Assembly: GCA_035390125.1 (NCBI GenBank)
Contig: DAOOTD010000001.1
Coordinates: 116,003 to 180,002, forward strand
Direction: 5' to 3'
Length of the DNA: 64,000 nt
Source: Candidatus Moraniibacteriota bacterium
GTDB lineage: Bacteria > Patescibacteriota > Minisyncoccia > Moranbacterales > GWC2-37-73
In this document: positions 36,951 through 46,956 of the stretch, one piece after another
Layout: each line of letters starts with the position of its first letter
How positions within the stretch are numbered: the first letter of the stretch is position 1
Translations under genes and position numbers: made by a program
The notes under the pieces: generated by a model
What the model was told of the DNA's origin: nothing
Seen by the model: the letters and a program-made list of their open reading frames with translations, nothing else
The model's database searches: none

Positions 36951-37042
36951 GCTTTAATAATAAGACGATATTAAATTGCTGTCAATTCCCTAGCCTGTTA
37001 TAATTACTATGGTTAAAAAGTACGAACTAAAAAAATAAACAA

Positions 37043-38170
37043 ATGCGTATTTCCTATTCAGCGCTGGATACATACCAAAATTGCTCGCTGAAATATAAAT
37101 TTCAGAATGTAGACAAGATAAAAGAGCCTAAGAGCAAAGAGGCTGTTTTCGGCACGCTGATGCACGCTACTCTGAAATTTATCCATTCTCCTTCCCTGCT
37201 TCAGCCAAAACTTGAAGAAGCTCTGGATTATTTTTCCAAAAATTGGAACAGTGATGTTTTTGAAAATGAGCTGGAGGAAAGATCGGCTTTTTCCCAAGGT
37301 GTAGCCATGATCCAGGATTATTACAAGAAAAATAATCCGGCGGATGCAAACATAGTTGATTTGGAAAGCCGGTTTGCAGTTGAAATTGATTCTCCTGACG
37401 GATCAAAACATATTACTTCCGGGATAATTGATCGCATAGACAAAACTGAAGATGGATATGAAATTATTGATTATAAAACAACCAAAAAAATGCCATCCCA
37501 GGAAAAAGTAGACAATGATCTGCAGTTGTCTATTTATCTGAATGCATTTTTGGCGCGCTATCCAAAAGAAATAAAAAATTTAGATAAAATTACAGTCAGT
37601 CTTTATTATCTCAAGCATGGAGTAAAACTGAGTTCTACACGAACAAAAGAGCAGCTGGAAAATGCCAATAAAATTTTCCTGGATGTCATTGCAGCTATTG
37701 AAGAAGGAAAATTTGAACCAAATGTAACGCCGCTCTGTGATTGGTGCGGCTATCAGAAAATTTGTCCGATGTGGAAGCATAAATTCAAAGAAGAAAGGAA
37801 AATTGATACAGCGGAAATCAATGCGGCTATTAGCGACTATATAAATTTAAAATCAGCTATTACTTCCACTAAAGAAAGACTGGCAGAACTCCAGGAAAAA
37901 ATAACCCAGTATATGCAGCAGGAAGGCGTTGAAAGGGTTTTTGGCGAAGAAGGAGTTATTGCACAGTCAATCAGGAAAACTTACAAATACGATGAAAAAA
38001 AGCTCCGGGATATCCTGGAACCTTTGGATAAATGGGATGTAATACTGAAAGTTGATGGCATTGCTCTAAAAAATATAATGGGCGTTCTTTCCCCTTCCGT
38101 GCAAAAAAAAGTTGAAAATGCAAAAGCTGTAGATAAAGAAACTAAAAGTCTGACTGTTAAGAAAAAATAA
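37043..38170 (+). CDS. PD-(D/E)XK (RecB/Cas4-like) nuclease with C-terminal coiled-coil extension
   Basis: YSALDTYQNCSLKYKF N-terminal motif, IIDRIDK...YEIIDYKT (D...ExK) and CDWCGYQKICP Cys cluster. Confidence 0.6.
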   Translation: MRISYSALDTYQNCSLKYKFQNVDKIKEPKSKEAVFGTLMHATLKFIHSPSLLQPKLEEALDYFSKNWNSDVFENELEERSAFSQGVAMIQDYYKKNNPADANIVDLESRFAVEIDSPDGSKHITSGIIDRIDKTEDGYEIIDYKTTKKMPSQEKVDNDLQLSIYLNAFLARYPKEIKNLDKITVSLYYLKHGVKLSSTRTKEQLENANKIFLDVIAAIEEGKFEPNVTPLCDWCGYQKICPMWKHKFKEERKIDTAEINAAISDYINLKSAITSTKERLAELQEKITQYMQQEGVERVFGEEGVIAQSIRKTYKYDEKKLRDILEPLDKWDVILKVDGIALKNIMGVLSPSVQKKVENAKAVDKETKSLTVKKK

Positions 38171-38878
38171 TCAGAATTTTATAAATTTTTCCCAATTCTC
38201 ATATAATTCCTTGGTCGCTATGAGATCGCCGGCATTGTATTTGGCAATTTCGAAAAACTTTTTTTCTTTAAATAGTTTTCCCACATCATCACCAGTTATG
38301 CCACTGGCTTTTGGGCTTTTTATGCCAAAAGCGCGTGACCAAAGATGTAGATTACCCTTTTTTCTCACGGCGCCATAGAAAGTAAATTGATCCAAGAGAT
38401 CAATATGCATGGCGTTTTTAGGTTGACTTGACAGGTAGCGGTTAGCTAGGAGATTTTTTGACGGTCTTATTTCATTTATAGAGCTGCGTATCATTAGAAA
38501 AGGCACGTCAAACATGCGTCCATTAAAACTTACGAACTCATTGTATTTTTCAGCTAGATTCCAGAATTGTTCCAGAATTTCTTTTTCTCCCAATACTCTG
38601 TATTTGATATTACCCATTTCTGAATTATCTACTTTTCCATCTGGAGCTTGAAAATATACAGCACCTTTATCTTTTTCAGTATCATAAACACCAATAGCCA
38701 CGATTTCTCCAGTCAGCGGAGAAAATCCAAGTCCGTTTTTAAGATCCTCCAGAGCTTTTTCATATTCTTCCTTAGTATCTGATTCTCTTTTTATCCAACG
38801 TGTAAGAACCTCCTGGGTCGTTTGGTCAAGAGCGTCAAAATTCTCTCCTATCGTTTCAATATCAAATACTAATGCCAT
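38171..38878 (-). CDS. RNase H-like DEDD-type 3'-5' exonuclease domain protein
   Basis: The N-terminus LVFDIETIG is the Exo I motif of DnaQ/PolB-exo-like proteins. Abuts the nuclease gene tail-to-tail with no spacer. Confidence 0.5.
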   Translation of the reverse strand: MALVFDIETIGENFDALDQTTQEVLTRWIKRESDTKEEYEKALEDLKNGLGFSPLTGEIVAIGVYDTEKDKGAVYFQAPDGKVDNSEMGNIKYRVLGEKEILEQFWNLAEKYNEFVSFNGRMFDVPFLMIRSSINEIRPSKNLLANRYLSSQPKNAMHIDLLDQFTFYGAVRKKGNLHLWSRAFGIKSPKASGITGDDVGKLFKEKKFFEIAKYNAGDLIATKELYENWEKFIKF

Positions 38879-38910
38879 AAATTTGCAGTTAATTCTTTGT
38901 TTTTATTATA

Positions 38911-39408
38911 GTGTTTCAAATTGCTCCTGTCTATTGTACAATAACATATATGATAAAAGATACTTACCAAAAAATCAGGGCTTTCTTTCTTAAGTTTTTT
39001 ACACTTAAAGATACGCCGCACAAAATTGCAGCCGGTTTTGCATTGGGAATTTTTTTAGGAATAATACCCGGCGAAGGAATTACGGCAGCTATTGTTCTGG
39101 CAACAATTTTTCGTTTTAACAGAGCTTCGGCAACATCAGGCGCTTTAGCAACAAACATGTGGGGTACTATTGCCACGCTTCCTCTGGCTGCGGCTGTTGG
39201 AGGATTTTTATTCAACGTGAAACCCAGTCAGCTTGTCAGTCAATTTGATCAAACTTATCATTTGGGATATAGATATTTCTTAAGTAAGGTTATATTTTTG
39301 GATTTAGCCTTGCCGGTTATTATTGGTTTTATTATAGTTGCTGGGGCTATCTCAATTTTATTTTATGCTGCTTTATATTTTCTTTTGAAATACAATAAGA
39401 TAAAATAG
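38911..39408 (+). CDS. DUF2062-like small membrane protein
   Basis: KIAAGFALGIFLGIIP motif and 3-4 TM helices. Confidence 0.5.
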   Translation: MFQIAPVYCTITYMIKDTYQKIRAFFLKFFTLKDTPHKIAAGFALGIFLGIIPGEGITAAIVLATIFRFNRASATSGALATNMWGTIATLPLAAAVGGFLFNVKPSQLVSQFDQTYHLGYRYFLSKVIFLDLALPVIIGFIIVAGAISILFYAALYFLLKYNKIK

Positions 39409-39417
39409 CTTTACCAA

Positions 39418-39445
39418 AAACAACCCATGAGGGTTGTTTTTCTAA
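39418..39445. terminator. Bidirectional hairpin terminator
   Basis: AAAAACAACCC-ATGA-GGGTTGTTTTT. Confidence 0.6.
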
Positions 39446-39477
39446 AAAGCTAATTCGTTAGTTTAAAGATTAGAAAA

Positions 39478-40170
39478 TTATTTTATCACTGTTCCTATGA
39501 ATCTTTTCCCATCAAGATAATTTTGCAAGTTTTTCAGTTTCTTTCCGTTAAAAATAGCAACTTCAATATTTTCTTTGGCTGCCAATTTGGAAGCGACAGG
39601 ATCAAAAGGCACATTGGAACCCGGATCCCATTTATTGCCGACAATTTTCTGGAAATCAATCCAACAAATTTCCTTTATTTTTTTGGCATCCTTGTATTTT
39701 TTTGGATCCTTATCATAGACATAATCAATATTGGAAAGATTGGCTACTTTTTTGATTTCAAAATGTTTAGCTAAAAGTATGGAAATATAGTCAGTGGAAT
39801 TTCCCGGGCGATATCCGGCAGCCACCAAAATATATTCTTTGGCTTTTAAAAATCCTTCCAAGTCATAGGGATTTGTGCAGATTGTCGGATGGGCATATTT
39901 CTTGAAAATTGTCCTTATGAAATGCGCATTCAGCCTGGTTGAATGTATGCCGACCCAATCTTTATCCTCAGCGTCAATATCTCCGACTTTAGCACTAGCC
40001 TCAATATATTTTCTGGCAGTCTTCCCTCCTCCCGTGACGATGATAAAACGGAATCCTTTTTTAATCTTTCCTTCAATTATTTTCTTGAATTGCTTCAAAA
40101 ATTTCCAGTCAATTTCCTCCGGCACGATCAGCGATCCCCCGAGAGAAATCACAATCATTTTCTTGTTCAT
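39478..40170 (-). CDS. pyrH: UMP kinase, archaeal/short type
   Basis: MIVISLGGSLIV and IIVTGGGKTARKYI amino-acid-kinase motifs. 230 aa. Confidence 0.8.
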   Translation of the reverse strand: MNKKMIVISLGGSLIVPEEIDWKFLKQFKKIIEGKIKKGFRFIIVTGGGKTARKYIEASAKVGDIDAEDKDWVGIHSTRLNAHFIRTIFKKYAHPTICTNPYDLEGFLKAKEYILVAAGYRPGNSTDYISILLAKHFEIKKVANLSNIDYVYDKDPKKYKDAKKIKEICWIDFQKIVGNKWDPGSNVPFDPVASKLAAKENIEVAIFNGKKLKNLQNYLDGKRFIGTVIK

Positions 40171-40194
40171 ATTATTAAAAAATTTATTTATTAA

Positions 40195-40752
40195 TTATTT
40201 TGCAATTCTTATTAATTCTTCCAATGCGACTGGCAATTCTGCGTTTTCAATATGTCCGGCATTGTTCAAAACAATAATTTTAGCACCTAACTTTTCTGAA
40301 AATATTTTCTTATTTTCTTTAAAACCGCCGAAAGGATCATTGTCGGAAATGATTTCAGCATAATTCTGTGAAATTTTTCTGAGTTTTTCAAAATCAATAT
40401 TATTTTGAGTCCATGGCGCAGCAATTTCTATTTCTTCCGGTTCCAGATTTTCCAGCACAAACCAGCCGGCAATAAAAACAGCTCCGCCAATTTTATGATC
40501 CATAGTCTGCAGATATCTCATGATTGCCTGGCAGCCGATGCTGTGTCCGACAAAATAAGTCTCTTCATCAGGCGTGCCAACAATTTCAGAAATATGATTT
40601 ATCCATTCTTCAACAGCGGGTTCATCGGTATTCGGCATTTGAGGTGCAACAACTTCATATCCGATTTTTTCTAATTCATTTTTAAGCCATGGCAAACATG
40701 CGCCTTCCGGTCCCCCGCCCCAACCATGAATTATAAATACTCTTTTTTTCAT
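40195..40752 (-). CDS. Alpha/beta hydrolase (RBBP9/YdeN-like serine hydrolase)
   Basis: VFIIHGWGGGPEG and nucleophile elbow GHSIGC. Confidence 0.7.
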   Translation of the reverse strand: MKKRVFIIHGWGGGPEGACLPWLKNELEKIGYEVVAPQMPNTDEPAVEEWINHISEIVGTPDEETYFVGHSIGCQAIMRYLQTMDHKIGGAVFIAGWFVLENLEPEEIEIAAPWTQNNIDFEKLRKISQNYAEIISDNDPFGGFKENKKIFSEKLGAKIIVLNNAGHIENAELPVALEELIRIAK

Positions 40753-40759
40753 AATTTAT

Positions 40760-41191
40760 TTAATTGCATTTGCTTTCCGTCCTTCCCTGTCCGATAGCTT
40801 CTTCGGCACTCTTAAAACATACCACATTTTCCGGTTTTATGCGCTTGGCATATGAACAGGTCGGCGGGTAAAATTTGTTGGAATTCTTACTGCCAACATA
40901 GGCACATTTTGCCATATTTGAAGGAGAGCCAGTGTTGTCAACTGTTGTTTGTGAGGTGGCACCTAAAACTGTCCCAGAAGGCTCATAATTGGCTGAATTT
41001 AGGGTTTTTTGCTCTTCAGATATGTTGACAGGTTTCTCAATAATAAGGGGCTTTTGTTGCCATTTTTGACCTTGTAAAATTCCAAATTCGTAAGAAATAG
41101 CTGAAACAAGGCAAAAAGCCACAATTAGCACTATTTTTTGCTCGTTTTTTAGAAAAAATTCCCTTATTTTGGCAAATACACTCGTTGACAT
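40760..41191 (-). CDS. Hypothetical membrane-anchored protein with C-terminal Cys-rich domain
   Basis: N-terminal TM. C-terminus CAYVGSKNSNKFYPPTCSYAK...CFKS...KC. Confidence 0.45.
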   Translation of the reverse strand: MSTSVFAKIREFFLKNEQKIVLIVAFCLVSAISYEFGILQGQKWQQKPLIIEKPVNISEEQKTLNSANYEPSGTVLGATSQTTVDNTGSPSNMAKCAYVGSKNSNKFYPPTCSYAKRIKPENVVCFKSAEEAIGQGRTESKCN

Positions 41192-41339
41192 ATTTGGTAA
41201 ATTTGTTAGAATAAATTCCGTATAAGTTGATAAGAATATTTAATACCCCGATCAGATTTGCGCTGATCATGCCATTGGTTATTTTATGTTTTTATATACG
41301 GCTTAGACTTTATTAATATTAACATATTTTTATAAAAAT

Positions 41340-41798
41340 ATGGCACATCGTAAAGCAGGAGGTTCTACTCAACTCGGACGCGATTCGCGTTCAAAAAGGC
41401 TAGGTGTTAAAATTTTTGGTAACCAAAAAGTTAAAACTGGTAACATTATTGTACGACAACGTGGAACAAAATTCCATGCAGGAAACAATGTTAAACGCTG
41501 CAATGATGACACATTGATGGCGCTTATTGATGGAACAGTGAAATTTGTAAATAAAAAAGTTCGTAACTATACAGGCCAATTGGTTTATCGCCAGTTTGTC
41601 AGTGTTGTTGCTTCAAAGAAACCTGTTGAAATTAAACCTAAGAAAACCGGAGCCAAGAAAGCCGGGCTTAAACTCCGCGTAAACCTCAAGACCAGAAAAC
41701 CAGGTAAGAAAAAAGGTCCACGCAAACCAGGCGGAAAAGTTATCATCAGCCGAAAGAATAGAAAACATTTGATGGCAGAAAAAGGAAGAATCAGATAA
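41340..41798 (+). CDS. rpmA: Ribosomal protein bL27 with ~65-aa Lys/Arg-rich C-terminal extension
   Basis: [27 protein letters not shown]...[16 protein letters not shown] is the canonical bL27. The extra C-terminal tail is [11 protein letters not shown]...[12 protein letters not shown]. Confidence 0.85.
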   Translation: MAHRKAGGSTQLGRDSRSKRLGVKIFGNQKVKTGNIIVRQRGTKFHAGNNVKRCNDDTLMALIDGTVKFVNKKVRNYTGQLVYRQFVSVVASKKPVEIKPKKTGAKKAGLKLRVNLKTRKPGKKKGPRKPGGKVIISRKNRKHLMAEKGRIR

Positions 41799-41871
41799 AC
41801 TATTTTTTAAGTTTATAGCTAATAACTTATAGAAAAATTATAAAAAAGAAATCTTTTATAAGGTTTCTTTT

Positions 41872-42416
41872 TTATAATCTGTTTTTTAAATATTTCATAA
41901 CTTCCATAAAATCATACTTTTTTGTGGACCATTTTTCAGGATTTTTATCGATAGATTTTATAATTTCATCTTGGCTCATCCATTTTACTTCCTGAACTTC
42001 TCCATCATTAAAATTAAATACCTCATCATTTTCTAAAAAGTTATAATAAAAAACATAGCAAAATTCCTTATTATTACCGCCGTCGTATTTTTTTATTTCT
42101 CCTTTTAATAAATATTTTGGATTTATATTAACCCCTACTTCTTCTTGTATTTCACTAACTACCGCTTCTTGTATTTCTTTTCCTGTATTAACATGTCCTC
42201 CAAAACGAGTATCCCATTTGTCAGGATCCTGATCTTTAAGTTTTGACCTTAGGTGTACAAGAATACTAATTTTTTATTTTTTATTTTGTAAAAATACACA
42301 TGAACAGTTCTATGCCATAATCCTTCGACATGTACAACGCTGCGCATTTCTTTTTCTCCAGTTAAGTTTCCATCCTCATTAACTATATCAAGATATTCTC
42401 CTGGTGTAATTGGCAT
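41872..42416 (-). pseudogene. NUDIX hydrolase disrupted by a 1-nt frameshift in a T6 homopolymer (42270-42275)
   Basis: Manual translation gives MPITPGEYLDIVNEDGNLTGEKEMRSVVHVEGLWHRTVHVYFYKIKNKK, then a stop. The +1 frame continues ISILVHLRSKLKDQDPDKWDTRFGGHVNTGKEIQEAVVSEIQEEVGV, which is a Nudix box, and runs to ...MEVMKYLKNRL*. Confidence 0.55.
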
Positions 42417-42430
42417 AATTTGTAAATAAG

Positions 42431-44071
42431 TTATTTCTTATTCCTTTCTTTAGCTACTTTTATAAATTCAAAGAATAGAGGATGTGATTCAAGAGGTGAA
42501 GATTTGAATTCAGGATGGAATTGAACTCCTAAGAAGAATGGATGCTCAGATTTTGGAAGTTCGGCGATTTCCATAAGTTTGCTGTCAGGAGATTCTCCGG
42601 AAAATACCAGGCCGGCTTTTTCCAATTTATCTATGTATTCAGGATTAACTTCCCATCTGTGCCTATGCCGTTCAGAAATTTTTTCTTTGCCGTAAGCTTC
42701 ATAGGCAATAGTTCCCTTCTTAAGAATTGCTGGATAAGCGCCCAGGCGCATTGTGGCTCCATAATTACTGTCTTCCAGATTCTTTTTCTGTTCCGGCATA
42801 ATATCTATGACAGGATTTTTTGTTTCACGGTCTATTTCGGTAGTGTTAGCATCTTTGAGACCCAAAACATTCCTGGCGAATTCTACAACTAAAAGTTGCA
42901 TACCATAACACAAGCCGAAATATGGAATTTTATTTTCGCGACAAAATTGAATGGCTTTTAATTTTCCTTCTATTCCTCTGGCGCCAAATCCTCCTGGAAC
43001 AACTATGCCGTCATATTCTTTTAATGTTGAAATTTTTTCCGGATCCTTTTCGAAAAGTTCGCTGTTTATCCAATCAATATTGGCTTTAACTCCAGCCTTG
43101 AAACAGGCGTGTTTTACGGCTTCTATGACGCTTATGTATGCATCGCTCAAAACAAAATCACCAGTGCCGAAGTATTTGCCGACTATGCCTATGTTTAGTT
43201 TCTTTTTGGCTGATTTTATGTTTCTGACCAAAGTGCCCCATTCCTTCAAATCAGAATTATTTAACTTGAGTCTTAATTTTTTCAGGATAATTTTACTCAA
43301 ATTATCGCGTTCAAAATTGATAGGCACTTCATAGAGACTTTCAATATCAGGCGCGCTTATAACGCATTCTTCAGGCACATTGCAGAACATGGAGATTTTT
43401 TCCTTGCGCCGCTGGTCCATCGGCACTTCGCTGCGGGCTATGATTATATCAGGCTGGACGCCGGCTGCATTGACAGTCCTGACAGCATGCTGAGTCGGCT
43501 TTGTTTTCATCTCCCCTATCTTATTAGGCACTGGCACATAACTGACGATTACAGAAATAACATCATCAGAGTTTTTTATTTTCATCATGCGGATCGCTTC
43601 CAAAAACAAGATATTTTGATATTCGCCGACTGTTCCGCCGATTTCAATAATAGTAACGTCTGCATCAGCTTTGTTGGCAGCGTGCTTAATACGGTCAATA
43701 ACCTCAAGGGGAATATGAGGTACAACCTCAACGCATTTCCCGTTATATTCTAAATTTCTTTCCTTTTGAATGACAGATTCATAGACACGTCCGGTAGTCA
43801 TATAATTATCCCGGGAAAGACTTATATTCATAAATCTTTCATAATTCCCCATGTCCTGGTCTGTTTCATCTCCATCATCAAGCACGAAAACCTCGCCGTG
43901 TTCCGTGGGGTTCATCGTGCCAGCATCTACATTTATGTAAGGGTCTATTTTTATGGCGGTAACATTATATCCGCGTGCCTTCAATATCATCCCTATGGAT
44001 GAAGTTGTGATTCCTTTTCCTACTCCGCTCATTACGCCCCCCATAACAAAAATGTATTTTCTGTTTTTCAT
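42431..44071 (-). CDS. pyrG: CTP synthase
   Basis: N-terminal VMGGVMSGVGKGI synthetase domain and C-terminal glutamine amidotransferase with GLCYGMQ. Confidence 0.9.
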   Translation of the reverse strand: MKNRKYIFVMGGVMSGVGKGITTSSIGMILKARGYNVTAIKIDPYINVDAGTMNPTEHGEVFVLDDGDETDQDMGNYERFMNISLSRDNYMTTGRVYESVIQKERNLEYNGKCVEVVPHIPLEVIDRIKHAANKADADVTIIEIGGTVGEYQNILFLEAIRMMKIKNSDDVISVIVSYVPVPNKIGEMKTKPTQHAVRTVNAAGVQPDIIIARSEVPMDQRRKEKISMFCNVPEECVISAPDIESLYEVPINFERDNLSKIILKKLRLKLNNSDLKEWGTLVRNIKSAKKKLNIGIVGKYFGTGDFVLSDAYISVIEAVKHACFKAGVKANIDWINSELFEKDPEKISTLKEYDGIVVPGGFGARGIEGKLKAIQFCRENKIPYFGLCYGMQLLVVEFARNVLGLKDANTTEIDRETKNPVIDIMPEQKKNLEDSNYGATMRLGAYPAILKKGTIAYEAYGKEKISERHRHRWEVNPEYIDKLEKAGLVFSGESPDSKLMEIAELPKSEHPFFLGVQFHPEFKSSPLESHPLFFEFIKVAKERNKK

Positions 44072-44158
44072 AGAATTAAATTAAGCAAAAAGCCGCTCCC
44101 CTGCGACTTTCAAGATATGTGCTTTTTAAACTTTACCTTCTTGATTATATATCCTTTC

Positions 44159-44596
44159 TTATTCTTCTTCAACCCCTAAAATTATTTCAGTTTTAATGCC
44201 AAAATCCAAGTCAATATCAACATGTTTTTCACCCAATTCTTTTATGTGGCTAATTTGTATGGATTTTTCAGAAAGATTGTAACCAGCCTTTTTTATTTCA
44301 AAAGCAATCTCCTTGGAAGTGATAGAACCAAAAAGCTTTCCTTTTTTTGCCTTGGCTTTGATTATAAATTTTTTTCCCTTTAGATCTTCAGCCAACCTTT
44401 GGACAACTTGTTTCTCAAGTGCTAATTGAAGATTTCTTTTCCCAGCTTCTATTTTTGTTTGAATTATGGCTGATTGTGTTGCAATTTTAGCAAATTTTTT
44501 TGGCAAGAGAAAATTATGTGCATAACCATCAGAAACATTCTTTATTTCTCCTTTTTTCCCTACGTTTTTTACATCTTGCAGAAGTATTATTTCCAT
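44159..44596 (-). CDS. rplI: Ribosomal protein bL9
   Basis: [36 protein letters not shown]. Confidence 0.85.
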   Translation of the reverse strand: MEIILLQDVKNVGKKGEIKNVSDGYAHNFLLPKKFAKIATQSAIIQTKIEAGKRNLQLALEKQVVQRLAEDLKGKKFIIKAKAKKGKLFGSITSKEIAFEIKKAGYNLSEKSIQISHIKELGEKHVDIDLDFGIKTEIILGVEEE

Positions 44597-44659
44597 TTTA
44601 ATTAATAAATAATTATGAGACTGTTCTGTATTATAAAATTTATATAAAAAATAATCAAA

Positions 44660-45376
44660 TTATTTTTTTAAAAGTTTCTTTTTTTCTGTTTCTTTGCGAA
44701 CAAACATGAAAAAGAATAATGCTTGAGCGACTAAAGTGCGTATCATCTCCAGATCCTCAAGTCTTTGGTTTGGGGTTTTCTTTTTTAATATTATGCAGGA
44801 AGAAACATCATCTATGCTTTTAGGGGAATTTACAACAACGAACTCATCTGACTCAAAAAAGTTATTTTCCAGATCATTATTTTTGAGAGAAAAGCTCATA
44901 GAAACATTTGGAAAACTTTTTATTTCTTTCAAAACTTCTTTGCTTGAAGTACATATAAAACGCAATATAAATTCATCGGATTTCCCAAAAAGCCTGACAG
45001 CCTCCATTATAGAATTGTATACTTCCTTTTGTTTCTTAGCCGTAATAACCAAGCTTTCCGGGTAGCTTAGGGCTATGCTTTCTAAGATATCTACCTTGCG
45101 ATTTATTTCACCTATGTAGGAATAAGAATTTGTCAGATCTTTTCGCATAGTATTAACTTTACGTTGAAAATCATTTTTTTCAGAAACATTCTTTTTAAGT
45201 CTTTTTTCCTGGATAGTGAAAACAAGAAAAGCGAAAGAGCCAAGAATAAGAACCGTAAATTCCTGAGTTTGGGTCACATTAAAGCCAAAAAATCCACGCT
45301 GAATAATGGTTGGTACGAAAACTATGAACGTAAAAATAATAAGATAGAGCCAATACATACTAAATATGTTTAGCAA
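44660..45376 (-). CDS. Hypothetical membrane protein
   Basis: Two N-terminal TM helices and a cytoplasmic domain. Confidence 0.45.
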   Translation of the reverse strand: MLNIFSMYWLYLIIFTFIVFVPTIIQRGFFGFNVTQTQEFTVLILGSFAFLVFTIQEKRLKKNVSEKNDFQRKVNTMRKDLTNSYSYIGEINRKVDILESIALSYPESLVITAKKQKEVYNSIMEAVRLFGKSDEFILRFICTSSKEVLKEIKSFPNVSMSFSLKNNDLENNFFESDEFVVVNSPKSIDDVSSCIILKKKTPNQRLEDLEMIRTLVAQALFFFMFVRKETEKKKLLKK

Positions 45377-45429
45377 TTTGGGCTGTCATTGTTTCACAAA
45401 ATTTTAAATTTGTCAATACTTATTATGAA

Positions 45430-45455
45430 AAAACCGCCTCCTAGGCGGTTTTTTG
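45430..45455. terminator. Bidirectional hairpin terminator
   Basis: AAAAACCGCCTCCTAGGCGGTTTTTT. Confidence 0.6.
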
Positions 45456-45460
45456 CTTTA

Positions 45461-46933
45461 TTACTTTTTTATTTTTTTTACAAAATCTTTAAAGCCTGGC
45501 TGTTTGTCTTGCTCATACATAGCCTTTACAGCCAAAGGTGTGGTAGAGGCCGATTTCCAATTGTAAATTGGTTTAAGATTTTTACGCATTACGTAAGCTG
45601 TTTTTACCATGAAATTTATATTGCCCTGTACCGGGTTAGCGTATAAATAGTCACAAGGATCACCATTTTGATTGAAAGTATTTTTTACTTCGAAAGTGAT
45701 TGGCAGGCCCTTTTCTTTCATAATGCGGTAAGATTTTGCCGGGTTAGGATAATGATTGAAATTTTTGTTTAAATGTTTTATATCTTCATTTTTTATATTC
45801 TTAAGCTGATTTGTCTCAATCATAATCACGCGCTTTAGCTTCTTGTCGAAAAAACAAGCTCCTCCTTTTTGTGGCTTAAGAGGATTCTGTCCTACAATTT
45901 CCATTACCATAGCGTAACCTTTTTTGCCTAAATTCAAAGCCATTGAAAGGCTTGGCAGGTCAATCGCGCATGTAAGATAACCTAGATCGTCAATATTATA
46001 TGAGAGCAAATCTTCATGTTGTGATAATATTTTTTCAAATTCAGTATTGGAAATGAATATTTTTTTGCCAGTGTTTCTTGGATTAACCCTGAAAATAACA
46101 TTGTTATGGATTTTTTGCATAAATAGTTGCCCATGATTGTGAAGCCTTTTATTTTTTTCAGTTGTAGAATCATAGTATAAGCAACCTTCTTTTACATAAA
46201 TGCCATGGAAACTTCGCTGGATCATGAAATAAATTTTTTTCGGGTTCAATCCAAAAAAATTAAAACTTTTAAATTCTTCTAAAATTTCTTCCGCTGTTTG
46301 TTCGTTAAGTATGATGAGAGCAGTTTGTCTGCCTAAAACTTTTATAGGATCCTGATTGTTTCTTTTTGCAATTTCATTTATATCAAAAGCCATTTGCAGC
46401 ATATGTCGGTTTCCTAAAGAAATATCCGCCACTTTTAAAGGATCTACGCTGCAAATTTTCAAAATTTTATCTCTGTTTATTTTTTTATTGATTTTTATTT
46501 TTTCTTTGGCTATTTTGGCTTTTGAAAAGCCTTTTTTTTCTAATTCTTTTATATTTTCTTGGCGTATATGCGAAACAATATCGTTTAAGGAAAATCTGGA
46601 AAGATTAAGCAGATATTTTGTACCCAAACCTAGACGAGTTGCTTCACCAGCGGCAGCATGCTCCCATAATAATTTTCCATCAAGGATGGCCTTTTCGGCT
46701 GGAGCAGTATTTATTTTATCATCATCTAGAACTGTTATTTTACTTTCATTAATTGGTGACAGATAATTGAAATTTTCATAGGCATTTATTTCTTTTTCAT
46801 GCTTCTTTATGTTTTCTATGGAAATATTCCGAGTATTCTTAAAATAAGAATGAAGCATCCATTCTATATAGCGTAGAATAGAAGTGCAGTATTCCTCGAA
46901 AGTTTCAAGATGAATTTTTGGTTTTTTGTTCAT
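45461..46933 (-). CDS. Putative UDPGP-family nucleotidyltransferase (UDP-sugar pyrophosphorylase-like)
   Basis: HAAAGEATRLGLGTKY resembles the G-G-x-G-T-R-L-G nucleotide-binding loop of UDPGP/UAP1-type enzymes. Low certainty. Confidence 0.4.
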   Translation of the reverse strand: MNKKPKIHLETFEEYCTSILRYIEWMLHSYFKNTRNISIENIKKHEKEINAYENFNYLSPINESKITVLDDDKINTAPAEKAILDGKLLWEHAAAGEATRLGLGTKYLLNLSRFSLNDIVSHIRQENIKELEKKGFSKAKIAKEKIKINKKINRDKILKICSVDPLKVADISLGNRHMLQMAFDINEIAKRNNQDPIKVLGRQTALIILNEQTAEEILEEFKSFNFFGLNPKKIYFMIQRSFHGIYVKEGCLYYDSTTEKNKRLHNHGQLFMQKIHNNVIFRVNPRNTGKKIFISNTEFEKILSQHEDLLSYNIDDLGYLTCAIDLPSLSMALNLGKKGYAMVMEIVGQNPLKPQKGGACFFDKKLKRVIMIETNQLKNIKNEDIKHLNKNFNHYPNPAKSYRIMKEKGLPITFEVKNTFNQNGDPCDYLYANPVQGNINFMVKTAYVMRKNLKPIYNWKSASTTPLAVKAMYEQDKQPGFKDFVKKIKK

Positions 46934-46956
46934 TTATTCTTTTTTAAGTTATTAAA

